Source: a bacterium (GTDB lineage Bacteria > Cyanobacteriota > Vampirovibrionia > Gastranaerophilales > UBA9971). From it: 64,000 nt of DNA. The stretch spans positions 3,509 through 67,508 of the forward strand of contig JBAWVS010000007.1 in assembly GCA_037147175.1 (NCBI GenBank), written 5' to 3'. Position 1 is the first letter of the stretch; each line of letters starts with the position of its first letter. The notes below the pieces were generated by a model. The model worked only from the letters and a program-made list of their open reading frames with translations, was not told the DNA's origin and searched no databases. Positions 56,987 through 64,000 of the stretch are shown one piece after another. A program made the translations under genes and the position numbers.

Positions 56987-57009
56987 TAAAACCGGCAAAG
57001 CCGGATTTT
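56987..57009 (-). terminator. rho-independent terminator after the TIGR01212 gene
   Basis: The minus strand reads AAAATCCGGC-TTT-GCCGGTTTTAC. Confidence 0.55.
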
Positions 57010-57069
57010 CCTGAAAAGCATCACTCCTAAAAGCTATAGTGCTTTCGCAAAAAATATTTCATTTCTTAA

Positions 57070-58026
57070 TTACTTTTTCAGAGCACTATAGCTACTAAAC
57101 TTTGATGACTGAAAAGTTCCGCGTCTTTCTAATTCCCTGTCGATAAGGTTTAAAACTTTGAACTTTTCCGGCAGCCATTTCGGTGCAACAAGAATTTTTT
57201 TTAATCCATTTCCTGCAAGTCTGTGTATTACAGTTTTTTGAGGTAATATTTCCAAATAATCGCAAACAATATCAATATATTCCTCGGCAGAAATCGGATT
57301 AAATTCTCCCCTAATATACATTTGTTCAAGCTCTGTATCTTTTAAGGCACATAAAAGATGTATTTTTATTCCATCTATACCCAAAGATGCAAGCACTTTT
57401 GCTGTTTCAAGCATTTCTTCTCTTGTCTCAGAAGGAAGTCCAATTATTACGTGAGTGCAAATTTTTATATTTTCTCCGTATTTTCGTGTAAGTTCTACTG
57501 CTTTTATAAAATCTTCAGCAGAATGCCCCCTGTTTATGAGTTTTAAAGTCTTATTGTGTATTGACTGCAAGCCATATTCCACCCAAACATGATGAGTTTT
57601 TGTATATGAATTTATTAATCTTATTTTTTCTTCATCTACACAATCAGGACGTGTTCCAATAGAAAGTCCCACAACTTCAGGATGTGAAACAGCTTCGTCA
57701 TAGAGTGATTTTAATTTTTCTACAGGTGCATAAGTGTTACTGTAGGCTTGAAAATAAGAAATAAATTTTTTTGCGCCAAATCTTTCAGATAATTTTTTTA
57801 TACTTGTATTAAGTTGTTCGTTTATTGAAAGCTTGCCGCAGTGAGCTTGAGAAAACGACCCTCCGTCTTCACAAAAAATACATCCGCCCGATGATGTTGT
57901 TCCGTCTCGATTTGGGCAGCTAAACCCTGCATCTAAAGTTACTTTATACACTTTGCAGTTAAATAATTCTTTTAGATGTCGGCTATATTGATAATATCTT
58001 TTATCAGAGTCTTTAAAAAATTCCAA
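57070..58026 (-). CDS. TIGR01212-family radical SAM protein (YhcC/YtqA-like)
   Basis: ..KVTLDAGFSCPNRDGT...GGCIFC.. and the overall family layout. Confidence 0.85.
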   Translation of the reverse strand: MEFFKDSDKRYYQYSRHLKELFNCKVYKVTLDAGFSCPNRDGTTSSGGCIFCEDGGSFSQAHCGKLSINEQLNTSIKKLSERFGAKKFISYFQAYSNTYAPVEKLKSLYDEAVSHPEVVGLSIGTRPDCVDEEKIRLINSYTKTHHVWVEYGLQSIHNKTLKLINRGHSAEDFIKAVELTRKYGENIKICTHVIIGLPSETREEMLETAKVLASLGIDGIKIHLLCALKDTELEQMYIRGEFNPISAEEYIDIVCDYLEILPQKTVIHRLAGNGLKKILVAPKWLPEKFKVLNLIDRELERRGTFQSSKFSSYSALKK

Positions 58027-58139
58027 ATAAAACGCTTTTCTTTCTATATTTTATTTAAATATTGAGTAATCAGATAAAACCATAGCCCCCTCTTTCTTAA
58101 GAGGGAGCAGGTTTTAAACAAATATTTTTGCTGTTTGTA

Positions 58140-58307
58140 TTATCCGTTTGTCTGATCTTTTGGTGGCGGATATACATAATGTTCACCGCAGCCGGGACAC
58201 ACAACTTCCTGTTGTTTCCCTTCTTCAAGTACAATAACTTCAAACAGGGTTTTGCAGGAGGACTGAACGCATCTTATAGCCCAAACAGGTCTTACAATTC
58301 TTGCCAT
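58140..58307 (-). CDS. zinc-ribbon mini-protein, 55 aa (below the ORF-track cutoff)
   Basis: My translation: MARIVRPVWAIRCVQSSCKTLFEVIVLEEGKQQEVVCPGCGEHYVYPPPKDQTNG*. It has two Cys pairs (C-x4-C and CPGC), an SD GGAAAGG upstream and a hairpin terminator downstream (58089-58108). Confidence 0.5.
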   Translation of the reverse strand: MARIVRPVWAIRCVQSSCKTLFEVIVLEEGKQQEVVCPGCGEHYVYPPPKDQTNG

Positions 58308-58386
58308 AGTAATAACCTTTCCAGTAAAGTATTTTTCACAAAACTATTTTAACAGATTTATATGGATTTACTCAAGTTTTAATATT

Positions 58387-58821
58387 TTACACCATTTGTT
58401 TGACCATATCGGAAATCCATGGAATTCTTCCATATCTGCCGGTAAAGGCGTAAAATGCAAGGTAAAAATAAAAAATAATTAAAGCTAAACCGACTATTGA
58501 CTGTCCGCCCGGTAAAGGCAGCGGATATTGAACCAGATAATAAATAATATTCATAACCAGAGTGCCAAAAAACGGAATAATCTGCACTACTGATGCAATT
58601 ATATTCAGCAATATACTTGCAACATAAATTATTATAGAAAGAAAAATTGATTGAAAAATATGAAATCTTGCAAAAGAAGACAATGATTTGCCTCGCAAAT
58701 GAGTAATTATTAACCAGACAAATCCTACCATTCCGCTTGTTAAGTACGATAAACTGCTTAATATTCTCTCAGGCATATCAATATATTGTTTTTTAGGAAT
58801 ACTCCCTTTATATCCGCTCAT
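58387..58821 (-). CDS. hypothetical membrane protein (Tic20/DUF4870-like, tentative)
   Basis: Four hydrophobic helices. ..SYLTSGMVGFVWLII....FARFHIFQSIFL.. Its start overlaps the TPR gene stop by 4 nt. Confidence 0.5.
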   Translation of the reverse strand: MSGYKGSIPKKQYIDMPERILSSLSYLTSGMVGFVWLIITHLRGKSLSSFARFHIFQSIFLSIIIYVASILLNIIASVVQIIPFFGTLVMNIIYYLVQYPLPLPGGQSIVGLALIIFYFYLAFYAFTGRYGRIPWISDMVKQMV

Positions 58822-59984
58822 GTGTCTTGCTCCTCTCCCTGATTATTTGTTTTGAGCGGAATTTCAGAGGGGGTAATCTCATTTTCGTTGCTCTGCTCTT
58901 TATCCGCTTCATCTAAATGTTTTATGGCATTTTTTGTATATTCTTCAATTGCTTCTGCATACAAAAGATTAATTTCTTGATTTTCCGGCTCAAGTTTAAG
59001 TGCAATTCGGTAGTGGTTTATTGCATTTTCGAGATCATTTGTTAAAGTCAGTGTATTTCCAAGCGCAAGATGTGCTATTGTGCTTGTATTGTCGATTTCT
59101 ATCGCTTTTTCGTAATTTTTTATTGCTTCTTCGTAGTGATTTTCTTCAGCTAAAGTGTTTGCAAGAATAATATATGTTTTTATATCATTCGGATTAAGAA
59201 TTATTGCTTCTTTATAATAATTAATAGCTTCTGCGGTCTTTCCTGATTCTGATTTAGAAATTCCATAGCACAAGAATATTTTATAATAATTCGGAGCAAT
59301 ATCTATCGCTTTTTCATAATAACTAAAAGCTTCTTCAAATTTTTTCAACTCAGAATATGAATTCGCAATACAAACAAGGGACTTATAATCATTTTTATTT
59401 AGATTTACTGCTGTAAGATAATTATTTATTGCTTTGTCTAATTCGTAAGTTTCTTCATAAACACTTGCTAAATTTATAAAATATTCAGGATTTTTCGGAT
59501 TAATTTTTATCGCTTTTTTATAGCTGTCTATAGCATCCTCATATTTTTGCAGTTCCTGAAAAATAATACCGAGTCCTGAATAGATTTCAGGATTTTTCGG
59601 ATCAATTTTTATTGCTTTTTTATAATTAATTATAGCGTTTGTATAATTGTGTTTTTTAGCGAAAAGCCCTGCCAGATTTAAAAATACCAGCGAATTATCA
59701 GGTTCTATGTTTGCGGCTTTGTTTAGAGTTTTTTCAGATTCGGATAATTCTCCGATTAAAAACAAAAGACTCCCGAGACTGACCAGAGCATCTGTATTTT
59801 CAGGTTCTATCTCAAGGAGTTTTTTATATATTTCTATAGACTCGTTGTATTTTTTTTCGAGAGTCAGTATATTTCCTAATACAAAATAAGATCCAGTGTC
59901 TTGAGGATTTTCCTGAATCTTTTTTTCACAATCTTTAATTGTTATTTCAGGATCAAAACCCTGATTTTCATACGGATTGTTCAT
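58818..59984 (-). CDS. tetratricopeptide (TPR) repeat protein
   Basis: About 9 consecutive 34-aa repeats of the A..YEKAIEIDPNN type. Confidence 0.85.
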   Translation of the reverse strand: MNNPYENQGFDPEITIKDCEKKIQENPQDTGSYFVLGNILTLEKKYNESIEIYKKLLEIEPENTDALVSLGSLLFLIGELSESEKTLNKAANIEPDNSLVFLNLAGLFAKKHNYTNAIINYKKAIKIDPKNPEIYSGLGIIFQELQKYEDAIDSYKKAIKINPKNPEYFINLASVYEETYELDKAINNYLTAVNLNKNDYKSLVCIANSYSELKKFEEAFSYYEKAIDIAPNYYKIFLCYGISKSESGKTAEAINYYKEAIILNPNDIKTYIILANTLAEENHYEEAIKNYEKAIEIDNTSTIAHLALGNTLTLTNDLENAINHYRIALKLEPENQEINLLYAEAIEEYTKNAIKHLDEADKEQSNENEITPSEIPLKTNNQGEEQDT

Positions 59985-60119
59985 AACTATTTTTTATATA
60001 GTTTTCTATTCTTGGCTAAGATTCCAGTTTTGAGGTATTTATTATTGTTTATAAAAAATTTGCCTCAGTCATGAAAACAAATTCTAACTGAGTATACTCT
60101 TTTTTATAGGTCAATACAA

Positions 60120-60347
60120 CTAACCTTCGAAAATATACGCAATTAAAGCTGTTTCTCTTGCTTTTTTAACAGCTTGCGCTAACATTCTCTGGTGATAAGA
60201 GCAATTTCCGGTAATTCTTCTAGGAATAATTTTTCCTCTTTCGGTTAAATATCTTTTTATTCTGATCGTATCTTTGTAATCAAGATCATCGATTTTGTCT
60301 GCGCAAAAACTGCAAGGTTTAAATTTTCTTCTGTCTCTTGGGTTCAT
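60120..60347 (-). CDS. rpsR: 30S ribosomal protein S18
   Basis: ..CSFCADKIDDLDYKD...LKRYLTERGKIIPRRITG.C..HQR.L..A.K.AR. Confidence 0.95.
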   Translation of the reverse strand: MNPRDRRKFKPCSFCADKIDDLDYKDTIRIKRYLTERGKIIPRRITGNCSYHQRMLAQAVKKARETALIAYIFEG

Positions 60348-60403
60348 TCTTTATATTTCCTTATTTATGTGAATTGTATTAGTACATTTACTTGTTATCA
60401 GGT

Positions 60404-60805
60404 TTAAAACGGAATTTCATCTTCTCCGATTAACTCATCAGCGCTGACAGAATCATCAAAATCAAAGTCATTTGTATCTGATTTTGCACTTTCTTGCCGA
60501 ATTGAAGTTCCAATTATTTCTATGCCCTGCGCATTAATTTCTACTATTTTTTTCTCGACGCCTGCTTCAGTTTTCAGTGTAGCTGTTTGTAATTTTCCTT
60601 CAACTACAACATCCTGATCTTTTTTTACAGTATTATCAGCAGTTTCACCTAATTTTCCTACCGCAAAAACTCTTATTAATTTTTCTTCATTTTCAGCGCC
60701 AATGTTTAATGTAAATGAAGTTATAGGTAGATTATTGCCTGTAAATCTCTTTTCGGGATTTCTGACAACTTTTCCTGTTATAACAATTTTGCTAAGGCTG
60801 CTCAT
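60404..60805 (-). CDS. ssb: single-stranded DNA-binding protein
   Basis: OB-fold N-terminus (KIVITGKVVRNPEKRFTGNN) and an acidic tail ending in DEIPF. Confidence 0.9.
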   Translation of the reverse strand: MSSLSKIVITGKVVRNPEKRFTGNNLPITSFTLNIGAENEEKLIRVFAVGKLGETADNTVKKDQDVVVEGKLQTATLKTEAGVEKKIVEINAQGIEIIGTSIRQESAKSDTNDFDFDDSVSADELIGEDEIPF

Positions 60806-60867
60806 AAAGTTTTCTCCATTTATTTATGTGTACCCAATTAAATATAAAATAAAATTGGGGCAAAAGT

Positions 60868-61197
60868 TTAATTTGCTGACAAAGCTGTCTGTGAAACTGC
60901 CTTTGTTTTAGCTTCCACTTTTACTGTAGCAAAACTTCTTAACACTGATTCGTTTAATTTTAAATATCTTTTTAATTCAACGATTTTTTTAGGTGCAATT
61001 TCCAAATCAAAAGCTACATAAAATGCATCTCTATTTTTGTTGATGTCATAAGCAAGTTTTTTGCGTCCAATTTTGTTAGTGCTAAAAATTTTGCCTTCAA
61101 AGCCATTGATTGCATTTTCAATATTTACAATAATTTGGTCAGATGATTCTATATCAAATCCTGTTTTCAGAATGCATAGCAATTCGTATTTACGCAA
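60868..61197 (-). CDS. rpsF: 30S ribosomal protein S6
   Basis: MRKYELLCIL...GRKKLAYDINK and the rpsF-ssb-rpsR gene order. Confidence 0.95.
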   Translation of the reverse strand: MRKYELLCILKTGFDIESSDQIIVNIENAINGFEGKIFSTNKIGRKKLAYDINKNRDAFYVAFDLEIAPKKIVELKRYLKLNESVLRSFATVKVEAKTKAVSQTALSAN

Positions 61198-61281
61198 AGC
61201 CGTTTATACCTCCATTATATTACTCAAGTTTTTATATTATCATAAAAAAATTTTTTTTGTGAATACCTAATTTATTGAGGA

Positions 61282-62142
61282 TTATAAAATATACTCACCT
61301 TCAAACACAAATTCACTTTTTCCTGTCATAAAAACGCTTGCATCTTGCTGGTCTTTATTCCACTCTATAGTCAAACTTCCGCCGGGCAAATCTGCTTTTA
61401 CCGTGTAATCAGTCAAATCATTAAGAATTGCTGCCACTGTTGAAGCACATGCACCTGTTCCGCAGGCTAAAGTGATTCCGCAGCCTCTTTCCCAAACGTC
61501 AATTTTAATATTATTTCTTGAAAGAATTTTTACAAATTCCACATTTGTTTTTTCCGGAAACATCGGATGAGTTTCGATTTTTGAGCCGAATTTTCTTGCA
61601 AGCAAAGCAGTATCGTTATCCGTAAATATAACGCAATGAGGATTTCCCATACTTACTGCCGTGATATTAAATTCATTTTCATCAATTTCAAGAGGATAGT
61701 TTATAACGCAATCTAATTCTTCTGTTATTACGGGAATTTTTGCCGCTTCGAGAATCGGCTTGCCCATATCAACTTTTACTTCGCCATTATCAAGAATTTC
61801 CGGAGTAATTGTTCCTGCAAGTGTCCAAACTGTGAATTTTTTCTTGTCTATGATGCCTTTTTCATAAACGTATTTTGCGAAACATCTGATTCCGTTACCG
61901 CACATCTGAGGTTCTGAGCCGTCAGAATTTATAATTCTCCAGCTAGTATCGGTATTTGCTATTACATCAAGCGGATTTACAATTATTAATCCGTCTGCAC
62001 CGACACCAAAGTTCCTGTCACACATTTTTTTTGCGAGTATATCGTACTGCAACTTCTTTTCAGAAACTTCTTTGCCGTCAACTATGATAAAATCGTTTCC
62101 AAGCCCGTTCATTTTTGTAAATTTCAACGTATTTTTAAGCAT
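61282..62142 (-). CDS. dapF: diaminopimelate epimerase
   Basis: KMNGLGNDFIIVDG, CGNGIRCF, SMGNPHCV and ERGCGITLACGTGACAS. Confidence 0.95.
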   Translation of the reverse strand: MLKNTLKFTKMNGLGNDFIIVDGKEVSEKKLQYDILAKKMCDRNFGVGADGLIIVNPLDVIANTDTSWRIINSDGSEPQMCGNGIRCFAKYVYEKGIIDKKKFTVWTLAGTITPEILDNGEVKVDMGKPILEAAKIPVITEELDCVINYPLEIDENEFNITAVSMGNPHCVIFTDNDTALLARKFGSKIETHPMFPEKTNVEFVKILSRNNIKIDVWERGCGITLACGTGACASTVAAILNDLTDYTVKADLPGGSLTIEWNKDQQDASVFMTGKSEFVFEGEYIL

Positions 62143-62247
62143 ATTTTTTTCCTGTAAGCTAATAAATTTATTTTAATATAAAATAGGTAAATTAAATAAA
62201 AATTTCGGTTAAAATAGTTTTGTAATTTAATTTAAGGAGAATTTAAA

Positions 62248-62622
62248 ATGAAATTTTCTCATACAATGATAAGAGTTAAAAATATCGATAATTCACTGAA
62301 TTTTTACAAAGAAGTTTTAGGCTTAAAATTACTTAAAACTATGGAATTGGAAGATGCGACTTTATATTTTATTTCTGATGAGCAAGAATGCTGCACAATA
62401 GAACTTACTTATAATCATAAACTGCCTGAAGGCGGATATAATCATGGAAATTACTTCGGTCATCTGGCTTTTGATACGGATAATATGGACAAATTCACAG
62501 AAGTCCTTAACAAAAACGGGCTTGTTTATACTATCTCTCCTTTTGAAATTAAAAAAGGACTAAAGATAGCTTTTGTGGAAGATCCTGACGGATTTTCCAT
62601 TGAAATAATCGAAAGAAAATAA
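62248..62622 (+). CDS. gloA: lactoylglutathione lyase / VOC-family protein
   Basis: HTMIRVKNIDNSLNFYKEVLGLKLL..., IELTYNH, FGHLAF and DPDGFSIEIIE. Confidence 0.8.
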   Translation: MKFSHTMIRVKNIDNSLNFYKEVLGLKLLKTMELEDATLYFISDEQECCTIELTYNHKLPEGGYNHGNYFGHLAFDTDNMDKFTEVLNKNGLVYTISPFEIKKGLKIAFVEDPDGFSIEIIERK

Positions 62623-62758
62623 TTTATAGATATTAGGCTTAATAAATTTATTCGACTATCCCTACTAATGGGTAATTGTTGCGTTTAAATACTGGTGCTA
62701 ATTTTATTATGACGACTGAAAAAAAGGTCGATTAGTGATGATTTAGGAGGTTATTTAA

Positions 62759-63820
62759 ATGAGAATCGCTCAATTTGCCCCTTTATGGGAAACAGTTCCA
62801 CCTAAAAAATACGGTGGGACGGAGCTGGTTGTATATATTTTATGTGAAGAGCTTTCCAGAAGAGGGCATGAAGTAACGTTATTTGCTTCGGGTGATTCAA
62901 AAACTTCTGCAAACTTAGAAGCCATTATTGATAAACCAATGAGGGAATCAGGTTATTTAAATGTTTCCTGTTATGAAAGTATGGCAATGGCAAAATTAAT
63001 TGAAATGAAAGACAATTTTGATATTGTTCATAACCATCTTGGACCGTCCTTTATTCCTTTTAGCGGACTTCTGGGCATTCCTGTAGTTAATACAATACAT
63101 GGCGCATTTATTAACAAAGAAGACATCAGTTTTTGCATGAAATACAAAGATAGTCCTTTTATTTCGATAAGCGACTCCCAAAGAGACGGCGCACCGGAAC
63201 TTAATTATATTTCTACGGTATACAACGGTATACAGATAGAAAAATACACTTATCAAGACAAAACTGACAATAATGATAAATATATTGCATTTTTAGGCAG
63301 GCTTTCTGAAGAAAAAGGAGTTCATCTTGCTATTCAATTAGCAAAAGAAACAGGACATAAGCTTATTATTGCAGGCAAAATTGATGTGGCTGACAGAAAA
63401 TATTATGAAAAAGATGTTAAACATTTAATAGACAACAAACAAATTGTTTATATCGGTGAACTCGGTCATGATGATAAAGTTAAATTGCTTAAAAATGCTT
63501 TTATGACTGTTCATCCTGTAACATGGCCGGAGCCGTTCGGTCTGGTAATGGCAGAATCCATGGCGTGCGGGACACCTGTTCTTGCACTAAATCAGGGGTC
63601 TATTCCTGAGGTTATAAAAAATAAAGTTTCAGGGTATGTTGAAAATAATATTAAATCGCTTATAAAAAGGGTTAAAGATATAGAAAAAATAGACAGAAAA
63701 GCTTGCAGAAAACATGTCGAAGATAATTTTTCTGCTGAAAGAATGACTGAAGGTTATCTTTCTGTTTTTAGAAAAGTTATAAGCAGCAGAATTAAAGATT
63801 TTGAATCCTCGGGGGTATAA
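62759..63820 (+). CDS. glycosyltransferase family 4
   Basis: GGTELVVYILCEELSRRGHEVTLFASG and EPFGLVMAESMACGTPVLA...GSIPEVI. Confidence 0.85.
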   Translation: MRIAQFAPLWETVPPKKYGGTELVVYILCEELSRRGHEVTLFASGDSKTSANLEAIIDKPMRESGYLNVSCYESMAMAKLIEMKDNFDIVHNHLGPSFIPFSGLLGIPVVNTIHGAFINKEDISFCMKYKDSPFISISDSQRDGAPELNYISTVYNGIQIEKYTYQDKTDNNDKYIAFLGRLSEEKGVHLAIQLAKETGHKLIIAGKIDVADRKYYEKDVKHLIDNKQIVYIGELGHDDKVKLLKNAFMTVHPVTWPEPFGLVMAESMACGTPVLALNQGSIPEVIKNKVSGYVENNIKSLIKRVKDIEKIDRKACRKHVEDNFSAERMTEGYLSVFRKVISSRIKDFESSGV

Positions 63821-63822
63821 AT

Positions 63823-64000
63823 ATGGCAAAAGTCGTGGCTTATACAGTTGATTACTGTCCTTACTGCAAAAAAGCGAAAGCTCTGCTTAATCAAAAAGGT
63901 GTTGATTTTGAAGATATAGATATTACCGATAATGAAGATGAGATGAGAGAAAAACTCGAAAAAATTGCAAACGGGAGAAATACGGTTCCCCAAATTTTCA
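63823..64000 (+). CDS. glutaredoxin (C-terminus runs off the right window edge)
   Basis: Not in the ORF track. My translation: MAKVVAYTVDYCPYCKKAKALLNQKGVDFEDIDITDNEDEMREKLEKIANGRNTVPQIF... It has the CPYC active site and TVPQIF. Confidence 0.85.
   Translation, partial: MAKVVAYTVDYCPYCKKAKALLNQKGVDFEDIDITDNEDEMREKLEKIANGRNTVPQIF

Noticed and set aside
58128-58352. 74-aa plus-strand ORF from the track.
   Set aside because: It has no SD and an odd composition. The opposite strand encodes a 55-aa zinc-ribbon ORF with an SD, in the same orientation as all its neighbours, and I prefer that ORF.
1-64000. Possibility of an alternative genetic code (UGA or UAG reassignment), given the AT-rich and candidate-phylum-like look.
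   Set aside because: All conserved genes (mutS, typA, murC, ispG and others) are full-length and uninterrupted in the standard code, and all three stop codons are used at sensible ends.

Overview
A visibly AT-rich bacterial chromosomal segment that reads cleanly in the standard code, with no sign of stop-codon reassignment. About 80% is ordinary, densely packed housekeeping DNA: murC, ispG, panBC, tmk, trmL, rfbA, waaA, mutS, typA, rpsF-ssb-rpsR, dapF, HU, a PhoR-like kinase with an OmpR-type regulator, SpoIID, a YvcK-like protein and an MscS-family channel. The mix of LPS genes (waaA, a PagP-like barrel), an SLH-domain envelope protein, SpoIID and a Tic20-like membrane protein suggests a diderm of the Cyanobacteria/Melainabacteria-like or Negativicutes-like type. 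That is inference only, since no rRNA is present. No CRISPR array, rRNA, intact tRNA, integrase or intact transposase was found.

There are two accessory patches. (1) Positions 885-2041 are a decayed toxin-antitoxin patch containing a frameshifted HigA relic. (2) Positions 5.1-13.2 kb form an island between a cupin gene and murC. It carries a metallophosphoesterase, a GIY-YIG-like gene, an orphan AbiEi_3 antitoxin, an AbiEi(DUF6088)/AbiEii pair, a 45-nt tRNA-Met 3' relic with its terminator, a ~670-bp non-coding tract with four families of phased short repeats, MNT/HEPN, a Gp49/RelE-like toxin with an atypical antitoxin, DUF3892 and a Cys-rich mini-protein. The island also contains two sets of long direct repeats that look like recombination scars.

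I do not see one clear-cut novel multi-gene system. The best novelty candidates are:
- the phased-repeat tract with the tRNA relic and repeat-bracketed cassettes in the island;
- a transmembrane-less FtsH-type protease fused to a degenerate Clp-D1-like module (25.5-28.1 kb);
- a Q/N/H- and FG-rich protein ending in a GDPH (MIIA/DUF1521-like) putative self-cleaving domain (32.4-33.9 kb);
- a 144-bp element with perfect 17-bp terminal inverted repeats in front of an orphan SWIM-SNF2 helicase;
- a DUF4258 toxin-like domain fused to 21-aa tandem repeats.

All functional calls come from motif recognition by eye. No database search was run.
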